The translations under genes and the position numbers were made by a program. Under the pieces are notes generated by a model. It was not told the DNA's origin, made no database searches, and worked only from the letters and a program-made list of their open reading frames with translations. Of a DNA stretch of 32,417 nucleotides, positions 15,924-25,606 are shown in pieces. Origin of the DNA: an uncultured Thermodesulfobacteriota bacterium (GTDB lineage Bacteria; Desulfobacterota; B13-G15); contig CAYRAR010000002.1 of assembly GCA_964422255.1 (NCBI GenBank), positions 1-32,417 on the forward strand, given 5' to 3'. How positions within the stretch are numbered: the stretch's first letter is position 1; the number at the start of each line of letters is the position of its first letter.

Positions 15924-17696
15924 ATGATGCATAATCCTTTCAGGATGTACAAGCGAAAGGTCGTGAAGAAGGCAACATTAAGTGCCATATTTTTATGCCT
16001 TATTGTCGCAGGATGTTCCCTCTTTGGGAAGAGGGTCTCCTCTCCCCCTTCTGTTGTGGCGAAGGAGGTACCGAGGGAAGCCCTCTACCATTATTTGGTG
16101 GGCAGGCAGAAGCTGAAGGAGGGGAAGTTATCGGAGGCCTTAAAGGAGTATCAGGAGGCCCTCTCCCTCGACCCTCAATCTGCCTTCCTGCACACCGAGT
16201 TGGCCCACATCTTCCTGCGGCAAGGGAAGATGGAGGAGGTGCTCTTCTCCTGCCGTGAGGCCCTGAGCGTGGACCCCGATTACCTCCCCGCCAGGAGGCT
16301 CCTTGCCGGGGTCCTCTCCAGTATGGGGAGGAGGAAGGAGGCGATCGAGGAGTACGAGCGCATCCTCAAGGCCGATCCCTCAGATTTCAGGGCCTATATC
16401 ATGCTGGGTTCCCTCTATGTGGAGCTCAAGGCCTATGAGAAGGCCATAAAGACGGTCCGGAAGCTCCTCGAGAAGAAGCCCGATTCGGTGATGGGGCTGT
16501 ACTGCCTCGCGCGGATATACGCCGAGATGAAGCTTTATGGGAAGGCCATCGAATGCTACAAGAAGGTCCTCGAGATCCACCCCCATATGGAAGCGGCCCT
16601 GATGGAGATGGCCACCATATATGAGATCGAGGGCAAGACCGAGGAGGCGGTGAGGACTTATAAGGAGCTGCTCAAGCACCATCCGCACAACATCCAGGTG
16701 AGGGAACGGTTGGGGGTACTCCTCTTGAAGGAGGAGCGCCTGGAGGAGGCCTTGAAGCAGTACCGGATAATCAAGCAGTTCGATTCGGAGAACTTGGCGG
16801 TGAGAATGAGGTTAGGACTCATCCTCCTTCAGCAGGAGAAATACAGGGAGGCGGAGGAGGAGTTCCGCTTTGTGCTGGGGGCCCGGCCCGAGAACCATCG
16901 GGTCCGATTCTACCTCGGGATGACCCTCTACGAGATGGGGGAGGTCGAGAAGGCAGTGGAGGAGCTGAAGAAGATACCGCCTGAGGCGTCCGTGTATGTG
17001 GACACCATAAAGTATCTCGCCTATATCTTGCAGAAGGAGGGGAAGGTCGAGGAGGCCCTTCAGGTCGTCAAGGAAGCCCTGCAGAAGAAGCCCACCGATT
17101 GGGAGATCGAGTATGCCCTGGCCCTCCTCTACGAGGAGATGAAGAGGTACGAGGAGGCCGTCCGCATCCTGGAGGGGCTGGTGAAGAAGGCCTCAAAGCC
17201 CGCTGAGGTGCTTTTCCGCCTTGGGGTCATCAGCGACAAGATGGGCCAGAAGGAGAGGTGTCTCGAGTACATGAGGAAAGCGATAGAGGCAGACCCGAAG
17301 CATGCCGACGCCCTGAACTGGGTCGGCTACACCTATGCCGAGGAGGGGATAAGGCTCGATGAGGCGGAGGAGCTGATAAGGAGGGCCCTGGAGGTCAAGC
17401 CGAACAGCGGTTACATCATCGACAGCCTGGGGTGGGTTTACTATAAGAAGGGGAAGCTTAAGGAGGCCCTCTTCTACTTGCAGAAGGCCCATCGCCTCCT
17501 GCCTGACGATCCCACCATCACCGAACACTTGGGGGACGTCTTTCTGAAGATGGGCGATGAGGGAAAGGCCCTGGAACTTTACCGGCGTGCCATGGAGTTG
17601 AAGCCCACCGACGAGCAGAGGAAGAAGATCCAGATGAAGATCGAGAGGTTGCTGAAGAAGAGGCAAGATGCAAAAGGGGATTCTGATCACCTTTGA
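15924..17696 (+). CDS. TPR-repeat lipoprotein
   Basis: 590-aa ORF. A signal peptide carries the lipobox VAGC, followed by many 34-aa TPR-like repeats (A..Y...L..DP pattern). The start may instead be the Met at 15945. Confidence 0.8.
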   Translation: MMHNPFRMYKRKVVKKATLSAIFLCLIVAGCSLFGKRVSSPPSVVAKEVPREALYHYLVGRQKLKEGKLSEALKEYQEALSLDPQSAFLHTELAHIFLRQGKMEEVLFSCREALSVDPDYLPARRLLAGVLSSMGRRKEAIEEYERILKADPSDFRAYIMLGSLYVELKAYEKAIKTVRKLLEKKPDSVMGLYCLARIYAEMKLYGKAIECYKKVLEIHPHMEAALMEMATIYEIEGKTEEAVRTYKELLKHHPHNIQVRERLGVLLLKEERLEEALKQYRIIKQFDSENLAVRMRLGLILLQQEKYREAEEEFRFVLGARPENHRVRFYLGMTLYEMGEVEKAVEELKKIPPEASVYVDTIKYLAYILQKEGKVEEALQVVKEALQKKPTDWEIEYALALLYEEMKRYEEAVRILEGLVKKASKPAEVLFRLGVISDKMGQKERCLEYMRKAIEADPKHADALNWVGYTYAEEGIRLDEAEELIRRALEVKPNSGYIIDSLGWVYYKKGKLKEALFYLQKAHRLLPDDPTITEHLGDVFLKMGDEGKALELYRRAMELKPTDEQRKKIQMKIERLLKKRQDAKGDSDHL

Positions 17697-18291
17697 GGGG
17701 ATCGAAGGGAGTGGCAAGAGCACGCACATGCGCCTCGCCGAGGAGTTCCTCCTCCAGAGGGGTTATGCCCTCCTCTGCACCTATGAACCAGGGGGGTCTC
17801 CCTTAGGGGAAGGGATAAGGAGGCTTTTGCTTCAGAGGGGGATGGCCCTCTCCCCCTTCGCTGAGCTCTTCCTCTTCTGTGCCGACAGGGCCCAGCATCT
17901 GGAGGAGGTGATCCTTCCGGCCCTCCAGGAGGGGAAGGTGGTGCTTTGCGACCGTTTTGCCGATTCCACCACCGCCTATCAGGGGTACGGTCGGGGAATA
18001 GACCTCAAGGTGATAGAAGAGGCCAATATGTGGGCCACCGGGGGGCTGCGGCCCCAGCTGACCATACTCCTCGACTGTGATGTGGAGGTGGGTCTTTCCC
18101 GGGTGGGGGAGAGGGACAGGCTCGAGGGCGAGGACCTGAGCTTTCATCGCAGGGTCAAGGAGGGTTATCTCGAGATAGCGAGGAGGGAGCCCGAGAGGGT
18201 GAAGGTGGTGGTGACCAACTGGAGGGAGAAGGAGGAGGTCCAGAGGGAGATAAGGGACCATCTCCTCGAGGCGCTCAGGCGGATCGGATGA
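17668..18291 (+). CDS. tmk: thymidylate kinase
   Basis: It has the P-loop FEGIEGSGKST and DRF..S..AYQG motifs. It overlaps the TPR gene by 29 nt. Confidence 0.9.
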   Translation: MQKGILITFEGIEGSGKSTHMRLAEEFLLQRGYALLCTYEPGGSPLGEGIRRLLLQRGMALSPFAELFLFCADRAQHLEEVILPALQEGKVVLCDRFADSTTAYQGYGRGIDLKVIEEANMWATGGLRPQLTILLDCDVEVGLSRVGERDRLEGEDLSFHRRVKEGYLEIARREPERVKVVVTNWREKEEVQREIRDHLLEALRRIG

Positions 18292-19208
18292 GGTTCAGCG
18301 AGATCGTCGGCCATCGCAGGTCGATAGAGGTCCTGCGCCGGATGTACAGAAGGGGGAGGGTTCCCCATGCCTTGCTCTTCATCGGGCCTGAAGGGGTGGG
18401 GAAGAGGATGGTGGCCGAGGCCTTCTTCCAATACCTGAACTGCCCCAGCGCCGGGGAGGACTCCTGCGGCCTCTGTCCGAGCTGTGAGAAGGTGACGAAG
18501 GGGAGACATCCTGACCTCCACCTCCTGGTCCCTGAGGGGGAGCGGATCAAGATTCAGCAGATAAGGGAGCTTGCCCACATGCTGTATCTCCGCCCCCTTG
18601 AGGCCCGGTGGCGGGGAGCGATAATAGAAGGGGCGGAGCGGATGACAAAGGAGGCGGCCAACGCCTTCCTGAAGACGCTCGAAGAACCCCCTCCCCAGAC
18701 CCTCATCGTCCTCATCACCTCAAGACCGGAGGGGCTCCTCCCGACGATAAGCTCCCGCTGCCAGAAGATCAGGTTCTATCCCCTCTCGGATGAGGAGGTG
18801 AGGGAGGTGCTCGAGAGGGAGGGGGTGTCTCCGGGCGAGATCGAGCCCCTCCTGAGGCTCGCTGAGGGAAGCCCGGGGAAGGCCCTCGAATTCACGGCTT
18901 TCCCCTTCGAGGAGATGGAGGGCTGGATAGCCGATGCGCTCAAGAAGCCCGGGGAGATCACGAAGTTACTGGAGAGGGCAGAGGAGCTCTCCTCCGATCG
19001 GAAAAGGAGCAGGGTGGCCACAGGACTCCTCTTGACCCGCCTGCGGGACGAGATCGTGAGGCGACTGGACTCCAAGGATCAGGAGGTGGAAAGATTTCTC
19101 GATCTCTTTTGGCAGATCCGGGAGGTGGAGAGGGCGATGGAGGAGAACGTCAACCTGAGGATGGCCTGGGAGAAGATCTTTCTGGAGATGTCAAGATGCG
19201 CCTCGTAA
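18288..19208 (+). CDS. holB: DNA polymerase III subunit delta prime
   Basis: 306-aa ORF with an HALLF.GPEGVGK clamp-loader fold, a Cys zinc module (CGLCPSCEKV), and the SRC motif (ISSRCQKIRF). Confidence 0.8.
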   Translation: MRFSEIVGHRRSIEVLRRMYRRGRVPHALLFIGPEGVGKRMVAEAFFQYLNCPSAGEDSCGLCPSCEKVTKGRHPDLHLLVPEGERIKIQQIRELAHMLYLRPLEARWRGAIIEGAERMTKEAANAFLKTLEEPPPQTLIVLITSRPEGLLPTISSRCQKIRFYPLSDEEVREVLEREGVSPGEIEPLLRLAEGSPGKALEFTAFPFEEMEGWIADALKKPGEITKLLERAEELSSDRKRSRVATGLLLTRLRDEIVRRLDSKDQEVERFLDLFWQIREVERAMEENVNLRMAWEKIFLEMSRCAS

Positions 19209-19978
19209 AGGTCAGATTTCCCCAGAGGGCAGCGGCCTCCTACTTCGACCCCAAAGGGCTCGAGTTGGAGAAGGGAGATTGGGTGATAGTGGAAACGGAG
19301 AGGGGGCAGGTGGCGGGTGAGGTCGTCGCCCTCAGGGAAGGGGTGAAGGAGCTGGAGGTCCCTGCGGTCGTCCGTAAGGTCACGGGCGAGGAGCTCAAGA
19401 AGATCGGGAGGTTGAGGGAGAAGGAGAGGAAGGCCTCGGAGCTCTGCGAGAGGCTCATCGAGGAGCTGGGGCTACCGATGAAGCTCGTCGGGGTCGAGTA
19501 TCTCTTCGATGAGTCAAAGGCGATCTTTTACTTCACCGCGGAAGGGAGGGTGGACTTCAGGACCCTGGTCAGGATGCTCGCCTCCCAGCTGAGGACGCGC
19601 ATCGAGATGCGTCAGATAGGGGTGAGGGACGAGGCCAAGATAGTGGGGGGGATAGGGCCTTGCGGCAGGGAGCTCTGCTGTGCCACCTTCTTGCAAAACT
19701 TCGACCTGGTCTCCATCCGGATGGCCAAGGAGCAGAGCCTGCCCGTCAACCCGGAGAAGATATCGGGGCTGTGCGGGAGGCTGATGTGCTGCCTCACCTT
19801 CGAGATGGAGACCTACCAGGAGCTAAAGGAGGAGTTGCCCAAGGTAGGCAAGAGGGTGATGACCAAATACGGGGAGGGGAAGGTCATCCGCTGCAACATC
19901 CTGCTCCAGACGGTGACGGTGGAGCTCGAGGGCGGTGGCGTGATCACCGTCGGGATAAACGAGGTCCAGAAGAAATAG
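19196..19978 (+). CDS. PSP1 domain protein (YaaT/RicT-like)
   Basis: It has a PSP1-type core and the conserved Cys pairs GPCGRELCC and GLCGRLMCC. The ATG at 19196 gives the conserved MRLVKVRF start. The upstream extension of the ORF track lies inside holB. Confidence 0.8.
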   Translation: MRLVKVRFPQRAAASYFDPKGLELEKGDWVIVETERGQVAGEVVALREGVKELEVPAVVRKVTGEELKKIGRLREKERKASELCERLIEELGLPMKLVGVEYLFDESKAIFYFTAEGRVDFRTLVRMLASQLRTRIEMRQIGVRDEAKIVGGIGPCGRELCCATFLQNFDLVSIRMAKEQSLPVNPEKISGLCGRLMCCLTFEMETYQELKEELPKVGKRVMTKYGEGKVIRCNILLQTVTVELEGGGVITVGINEVQKK

Positions 19979-19987
19979 GAGGAGGCG

Positions 19988-21517
19988 ATGGAGAGGACCT
20001 TCTACGTGACCACACCCATCTACTACGTGAACGATGTCCCTCATATCGGCCATGCCTACACCACCATTGCCGCCGATGTGCTGGCCCGTTACAAGAGGAT
20101 GGCGGGCTACGACTGTTTCTTCCTCACGGGGACCGATGAACACGGCCAGAAGGTGGAGAAGGCGGCCCAGGCATCGGGGGAGACCCCTCAGGAGCTCGCC
20201 GATCGGGTAGTGGAGAGGTTCAAGGGGCTGTGGAGGAAGCTCAACATCTCAAACGACGACTTCATCCGGACCACCCAGGAGCGGCACAAGAAGGCCGTCC
20301 TCGCCCTTTACCAGAGGGCCTGGGAGAAGGGGGATATCTACCTCGGGGAATATGAAGGCTGGTATTGCGTGCCCTGCGAGAGTTTCTGGACCGAGACCCA
20401 GCTGGCCGAGGGGAGGAGGTGCCCTGAGTGTGGCCGCCCCACCGAGAGGGTGAAGGAGAAGAGCTACTTCTTCCGCATGTCCCGTTACCAGGAGAGGCTC
20501 CTTTCCTTCCTGGAGGAGCACCCCGACTTCGTCCAGCCCTCCTCCCGCTACAACGAGATCCTGAACTTCGTCAAGGGGGGGCTTCGGGACCTGAGCATCA
20601 GCCGGACGAGCTTCCGCTGGGGCATCCCCCTGCCCAACGATCCCGAGCACGTCCTCTATGTCTGGTTCGATGCCCTGACCAACTACATCACCGCGGTGGG
20701 CTTCCCTGACGACCGGGAGCGCTTCGAGCGCTACTGGCCCGCCGACTGCCACATCATAGGAAAGGATATCCTCAGGTTTCACGCCGTCTACTGGCCCACC
20801 TTCCTCATGTCCGCCGATCTCCCCCTGCCCAAGCGGGTCTTCGCCCACGGCTGGTGGACGGTGGAGGGGAAGAAGATGAGTAAGAGCGCCGGAAACGTGG
20901 TTGATCCCTATCAGGTCACTGACGAGTTCGGCGTGGACCCCTTCCGCTACTTCCTCCTCCGGGAGGTACCCTTTGGCCTTGACGGGGACTTCTCTCGCAG
21001 CGCCCTCGTTCACCGAATTAACGGTGATCTGGCCAACGACCTGGGGAACCTGGTGAGCCGGGTCCTGGCCATGGTGAAGAGGTACTTCGGAGGAAGGGTC
21101 CCCCCATCCCATGACCTGATGGACGGGCGGGTGCGCTCCCAGGCGGAAAGGAGCCTGAAAGAGCTGGACCGCCACATCAGTGACCTCGCCTTCCAGCAGG
21201 CCCTCACCTCCATCTGGGATCTGGTGGACCTTCTCAACAAGTACCTCGACGAGGCCGCCCCATGGAGCCTGGCCAAGGAGGAGGGGAAGAGGAAAGAGCT
21301 CGAGGCGGTCCTTTACAACTGCCTTGAGGCCCTGAGGTTCCTGGCGATAATGCTCTCGCCCTTCATGCCCTCTGCGGCCCAGAGGCTCTGGGAGATGCTC
21401 GGGTTTGGCTCGAAGGTCGAGGAGGCGAGGATAGAGGAGGTGGGGAAGTGGGGCCTTCTGCCCGAGGGCCAGCAGACTCAGCCCCCTTCACCCCTCTTCC
21501 CCAGGGTGGAAGGATGA
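19988..21517 (+). CDS. metG: methionine--tRNA ligase (short form)
   Basis: It has the HIGH motif (PHIGHAYT), KMSKS, and zinc knuckles CVPCE...CPECG. There is no C-terminal tRNA-binding appendix. Confidence 0.95.
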   Translation: MERTFYVTTPIYYVNDVPHIGHAYTTIAADVLARYKRMAGYDCFFLTGTDEHGQKVEKAAQASGETPQELADRVVERFKGLWRKLNISNDDFIRTTQERHKKAVLALYQRAWEKGDIYLGEYEGWYCVPCESFWTETQLAEGRRCPECGRPTERVKEKSYFFRMSRYQERLLSFLEEHPDFVQPSSRYNEILNFVKGGLRDLSISRTSFRWGIPLPNDPEHVLYVWFDALTNYITAVGFPDDRERFERYWPADCHIIGKDILRFHAVYWPTFLMSADLPLPKRVFAHGWWTVEGKKMSKSAGNVVDPYQVTDEFGVDPFRYFLLREVPFGLDGDFSRSALVHRINGDLANDLGNLVSRVLAMVKRYFGGRVPPSHDLMDGRVRSQAERSLKELDRHISDLAFQQALTSIWDLVDLLNKYLDEAAPWSLAKEEGKRKELEAVLYNCLEALRFLAIMLSPFMPSAAQRLWEMLGFGSKVEEARIEEVGKWGLLPEGQQTQPPSPLFPRVEG

Positions 21518-22503
21518 GGCCCGAGGAAGCCTTCCAGGGGGCCAAGGTCTTGATCACCGGGGGACTGGGGTTCATCGGCTCCAATCTGGCACGGCGTCTG
21601 GTGGAGCTGGGGGCTGATGTCCTCCTGGTGGACAGTCTCATTCCCGAGTATGGGGGGAACCTCTTCAACGTCGCCGATATCGCCGATAAGGTCCGCATAA
21701 ACATCTCCGACGTGAGGGACGAGCACAGCATGCGCTATCTGGTCCAGGGGAAGGATTACCTCTTCAATTTGGCGGGGCAGACCAGCCACCTGGACTCCAT
21801 GAAGGACCCCTATACTGATCTGGAGATAAACTGCAGGGCACAGATCTACATCTTAGAGGCCTGCAGAAAATACAATCCCCAGATCAAGATCGTTTTTGCC
21901 AGCACCCGCCAGATATACGGCAAGCCCGATTACCTCCCGGTGGATGAGAGGCACCTCCTAAGACCTGTGGACATAAACGGGGTGAACAAGATGGCGGGGG
22001 AGTGGTATCACATGGTCTATCACTATGCCTATGGGGTTCGTTCCTGTGCCCTTCGCCTCACCAATACCTATGGGCCGCGGATGCGGGTGAAGGACGCTCG
22101 GCAGACCTTTCTGGGGATATGGATCAGGCTCTTGGTGGAGGGGAGGCCCTTTGAGGTCTGGGATGGGGAGCAGTTGAGGGACTTCACCTATGTAGACGAT
22201 GCGGTGGAGGCCTTCCTCCTGGCCGCCTCCCAGGAGGAGGCCTACGGTCAGATCTTCAACTTGGGAGGGGAGAAGGCGATAAGCCTGAAGGAGCTGGCAG
22301 AGCTGCTCATTCGGATAAACGGAGGGGGGGAGTATCGGATCAAGGCTTTTCCCCCTGAGAGAAAGAGGATAGATATCGGGGATTATTACGCCGACTGGAG
22401 CCTTATCAGGGAGACCCTGGGTTGGGAGCCTAAGGTCCCCCTGGAAGAGGGGTTGAGGCGGACCTTGGAGTTCTATCGCCAGCACCTGGAGCATTACCTC
22501 TGA
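21514..22503 (+). CDS. extended SDR, NAD-dependent epimerase/dehydratase family (atypical active-site motif)
   Basis: It has a [10 protein letters not shown] Rossmann motif, and its start overlaps the metG stop (ATGA). The expected YxxxK position reads NGVNK. Confidence 0.8.
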   Translation: MRPEEAFQGAKVLITGGLGFIGSNLARRLVELGADVLLVDSLIPEYGGNLFNVADIADKVRINISDVRDEHSMRYLVQGKDYLFNLAGQTSHLDSMKDPYTDLEINCRAQIYILEACRKYNPQIKIVFASTRQIYGKPDYLPVDERHLLRPVDINGVNKMAGEWYHMVYHYAYGVRSCALRLTNTYGPRMRVKDARQTFLGIWIRLLVEGRPFEVWDGEQLRDFTYVDDAVEAFLLAASQEEAYGQIFNLGGEKAISLKELAELLIRINGGGEYRIKAFPPERKRIDIGDYYADWSLIRETLGWEPKVPLEEGLRRTLEFYRQHLEHYL

Positions 22504-22505
22504 AG

Positions 22506-23633
22506 ATGATCGTTCCCCAGACCGATCCCAAGGCCTCTTACTTAGAGCATCGGAAGGAGATAGATGAGGCCATCCGCAGGGTAATGGAGGGGGGATGGTA
22601 TATCCTGGGGGAGGAGGTTAGGGCCTTTGAGGAGGAGTTCGCCCGCTATCTGGGGGTGAGGTACGCTGTAGGGGTGGCCAGCGGGACCGATGCCGTAGAG
22701 ATCGCCTTGAGGTGCTGCGGGGTGAAGGAAGGGGATGTGGTCTTTACCGTCTCGCACACCGCTTCTGCCACGGTGGCCGCCATAAGGCGGGTGGGGGCTA
22801 TCCCCGCCTTCGTCGATATCGATCCCAGGACCTACACCATGGCTCCTGACTCCCTTGAGGGGGCGTTGAGGTCCCTGCGGGGGGGCAGGCCCCGGGCCGT
22901 CCTCCCCGTTCACCTTTACGGCCACCCTGCCCCCATGCCCGAGATCATGGAGGTTGCCCGCCGTTACGGCCTCTTTGTGATCGAGGACTGCGCCCAGGCC
23001 CACGGGGCATCTCTTGAGGGGAAGAAAGTGGGGGGATGGGGGGATATGGCCGCCTTCAGCTTCTATCCCACCAAAAACCTCGGTGCCTTCGGGGATGGAG
23101 GGATGGTGGTCACCTCCGATCCTGAGCGGGCGGAGATGGCCAGGCTTCTGAGGGAGTACGGGTGGAAGGAGCGGTACGTGAGTTATCTTGAGGGGATGAA
23201 CTCGCGCCTCGATGAGATCCAGGCCGCCATCCTGAGGGTGAAGCTGAGATACCTGGAGGAGGAGAATCGAAGGAGGCGGAGGTGGGCCTCCCTTTACGAT
23301 GAGCTGCTTGGGGGTTCAGGGGTGATCACCCCCTCCAGTCTCCCTGAAGCCTTCCACGTCTACCATCAGTATGTGATCCGCACCCCCAAGAGGGAGGAGC
23401 TTCGCGAATACCTCAAGGGGCGGGGGATTTCTACGGGCATCCACTATCCCCGCCCGGTCCACCTCCAGCCCGCCTACGAGGGGGGACTGATTCCTGGAGG
23501 GGGCCTACCCCGCACCGAGGAGATATCTCGGGAGATCCTGAGCCTGCCCCTCTTTCCCCAGATGGGGGAGAAGGCGGTCAGGTATGTGGCGGAGGCGATA
23601 AGGGAATGGCAGGGGGACAGCCCTCAAAGTTAG
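22506..23633 (+). CDS. DegT/DnrJ/EryC1/StrS family PLP-dependent sugar aminotransferase
   Basis: 375-aa ORF with [15 protein letters not shown], and the PLP lysine context [15 protein letters not shown]. Confidence 0.85.
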   Translation: MIVPQTDPKASYLEHRKEIDEAIRRVMEGGWYILGEEVRAFEEEFARYLGVRYAVGVASGTDAVEIALRCCGVKEGDVVFTVSHTASATVAAIRRVGAIPAFVDIDPRTYTMAPDSLEGALRSLRGGRPRAVLPVHLYGHPAPMPEIMEVARRYGLFVIEDCAQAHGASLEGKKVGGWGDMAAFSFYPTKNLGAFGDGGMVVTSDPERAEMARLLREYGWKERYVSYLEGMNSRLDEIQAAILRVKLRYLEEENRRRRRWASLYDELLGGSGVITPSSLPEAFHVYHQYVIRTPKREELREYLKGRGISTGIHYPRPVHLQPAYEGGLIPGGGLPRTEEISREILSLPLFPQMGEKAVRYVAEAIREWQGDSPQS

Positions 23634-24055
23634 AGGGGATAATTCACCGCCTTATCCGAAAGAAGGGGTGGGGAAGGCTAAGGGGCTACAAGATCTGGCA
23701 GGTATGGGAGGAGGCGGTGGGGGAGACGGTGGCCAGGAACGCCGTCCCCCACTCTTTGCGCCGGGGGACCCTCACCGTGATCTGCTCAGGCCCTCAGTGG
23801 ATGCATCAGTTGTACCTCATGAAGGAGATGATCAGGGAGCGGCTGAACGAGACGGTGGGGAAGGAGCTCGTAAGGGATATCCGCTTCCGGGTGGGCGCTC
23901 TGAGGAGGCCCTCCAAGGAACCCCCGGTGGAAGTTCCCTCCTTGAGCGATGAAGATAGGAGATGGATCGAGGAAGTCCTCTCCTCCCTTAAGGACGAGGG
24001 CCTACGGGATGCCCTCCGTCGGGTTCTTGAGAAGGCAAGGGCTAAGAGGAGGTAG
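23606..24055 (+). CDS. DUF721 (DciA-like) domain protein
   Basis: The pattern W.E.VGE..A....P..LRRGTLTV.....WMHQL......I.ERLN matches my recollection of the DUF721 family profile. It overlaps the aminotransferase gene by 28 nt. Confidence 0.65.
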   Translation: MAGGQPSKLEGIIHRLIRKKGWGRLRGYKIWQVWEEAVGETVARNAVPHSLRRGTLTVICSGPQWMHQLYLMKEMIRERLNETVGKELVRDIRFRVGALRRPSKEPPVEVPSLSDEDRRWIEEVLSSLKDEGLRDALRRVLEKARAKRR

Positions 24056-25226
24056 GCTTACAGGCTCCCAGAGTCTCCTTCGCCGCCTTTACGGCCTCCT
24101 GATATACCTCCTTTAAAGGAACCCGCTGCTCGAGGGCCAGGCGACGGCAGCTCTCATACTCGGGAGCGATGTTCAAGAGGCGCTCGCCGTCTCCGAAGGC
24201 CACCTTCACCTCTACGGGGCCGTATCTGGTAGATACCTCTATTACCTTCCGCCTGAGGGTAGCCCTCTGGACGGCCCAGGCCCTTATCCCCAAGGTGGTG
24301 GACTCGGAGAAGAGGGTCTCCATCATCTTCTCCCTCCTCGGTGGAGGGCAAAGCAGCCTCACTGTAACTCCGGGTCTTCCCTTTTTCATCTGCACGGGGA
24401 CAAGGAGGACGTCCACTGCTCCCTCTTTCCTCAGGCGGTCCTCCAAGTGGGGGAAGAACTCAGGGTTCATGTCGTCAAGGTCGGCTTCCAGGACCCAAAG
24501 GCGCTCCCCGAAGTCCGCCTCCCCCTCACCGGTGACTATCCTCAAGAGGTTGGGCATCTCGTCCGGATCCCGATCCCCTGCCCCATAGCCCGCCTTCTCC
24601 ACCCTCATGGAGGGGAAGGGGCCGTAGTCCCTGGCCACGGTGGTGAGGATGGCTGCCCCAGTGGGGGTCACCATCTCCATCCTCAGGGAGGAGGTCTCAA
24701 CGGGGACCCCCTCCAGCAGGGCCAGGGTGGCCGGGCAGGGGAGGGGCAGGGGGCCGTGTTCCGTCTGAACCCATCCCCGGGATAGGGGAAGGGGCGATGA
24801 GATCACCTCATCCCACCCGAAGTACTCGATCCCGACCGCTGCCCCGACCACGTCCAGGATGGTATCGGGATCGCCCAGCTCGTGAAAGTGGACCTTCCCC
24901 TTAAGCCCATGGATCTTCCTCTCCGCCTCTTCAAGGCGCGAGAAGACCTCCTCGGCGATCTCCTTCGCCCAGGGGGAGAGGGAACTTTGCCTGATGAGGG
25001 CCTTTATCTCCTCAGGGCCTCTCCTCGGGGCCTGGGCCTCGAAGTTGATCTTCACCCCTTCTATTCCCTTCCTCCTCACCCTCTGTACCTTTACCTTCAC
25101 GTCCCTGAGGCCGACCTTCTCCCATCCCTCTTCCAGCACCTCGAGGGGGAGGCCCAGGTCGAGCATCGCCCCGAGGATCATGTCGCCGCTTATCCCGGCG
25201 AAGCAGTCAAAATAGGCGACCTTCAT
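24042..25226 (-). CDS. larC: nickel-pincer cofactor biosynthesis protein LarC (DUF111 family)
   Basis: The MKVAYFDCFAGISGDM N-terminus is typical of LarC, and the 394-aa length fits the family. Confidence 0.85.
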   Translation of the reverse strand: MKVAYFDCFAGISGDMILGAMLDLGLPLEVLEEGWEKVGLRDVKVKVQRVRRKGIEGVKINFEAQAPRRGPEEIKALIRQSSLSPWAKEIAEEVFSRLEEAERKIHGLKGKVHFHELGDPDTILDVVGAAVGIEYFGWDEVISSPLPLSRGWVQTEHGPLPLPCPATLALLEGVPVETSSLRMEMVTPTGAAILTTVARDYGPFPSMRVEKAGYGAGDRDPDEMPNLLRIVTGEGEADFGERLWVLEADLDDMNPEFFPHLEDRLRKEGAVDVLLVPVQMKKGRPGVTVRLLCPPPRREKMMETLFSESTTLGIRAWAVQRATLRRKVIEVSTRYGPVEVKVAFGDGERLLNIAPEYESCRRLALEQRVPLKEVYQEAVKAAKETLGACKPTSS

Positions 25227-25256
25227 GGCCCGAAGTTAACATATGATCCTCTCCGG

Positions 25257-25284
25257 TTGCAAGGGAGAGAAACCGGGCTATACT
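25257..25284 (+). promoter_or_regulatory. candidate sigma70-type promoter for the ABM gene
   Basis: TTGCAA-N16-TATACT, about 35 nt upstream of the ATG at 25319, with a GGGGGGAGGAGG SD in between. This rests on a sequence match only. Confidence 0.35.
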
Positions 25285-25318
25285 TAATAAAAAAGCGTTT
25301 TGTAAAGGGGGGAGGAGG

Positions 25319-25606
25319 ATGGCGATAAAGGTCATCATCGAGAGGAAATTGAAGAAGGGAAAGGAGGGGGAGCTCGCCCAGTTACTGCGGCAGCTTCGCT
25401 ACCGGGCCATGGTGGCCCCGGGCTATATCTCGGGTGAAACCCTCCGTTCCCACGATGATCCTGACCTTTACCTGGTGATAAGCACGTGGAAGAGCCTGGA
25501 GGACTGGAGGAGGTGGGAGGAGAACCCGGAGCGGAATCAGATCCAGCAGAAGATAAACGAGCTGCTGGAGGAGCCTGCCAAGTTCAGGATCTTCCACTTC
25601 GTCTAA
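25319..25606 (+). CDS. antibiotic biosynthesis monooxygenase (ABM) domain protein
   Basis: 95-aa ORF with ferredoxin-like ABM features (PGYISGETL...YLVISTWKSLEDWRRW). Confidence 0.7.
   Translation: MAIKVIIERKLKKGKEGELAQLLRQLRYRAMVAPGYISGETLRSHDDPDLYLVISTWKSLEDWRRWEENPERNQIQQKINELLEEPAKFRIFHFV

Noticed and set aside
15924-17696. The TPR lipoprotein as a PilF/PilW-type pilotin linked to the gsp cluster.
   Set aside because: It is about twice the size of known pilotins and lies 11 kb away from the pseudopilin genes, embedded in a rimO/tmk context. There is no supporting evidence beyond the TPR repeats and the lipobox.
20249-21175. A 308-aa minus-strand ORF inside metG.
   Set aside because: It is antisense to an unambiguous MetRS gene and has the same shadow composition.
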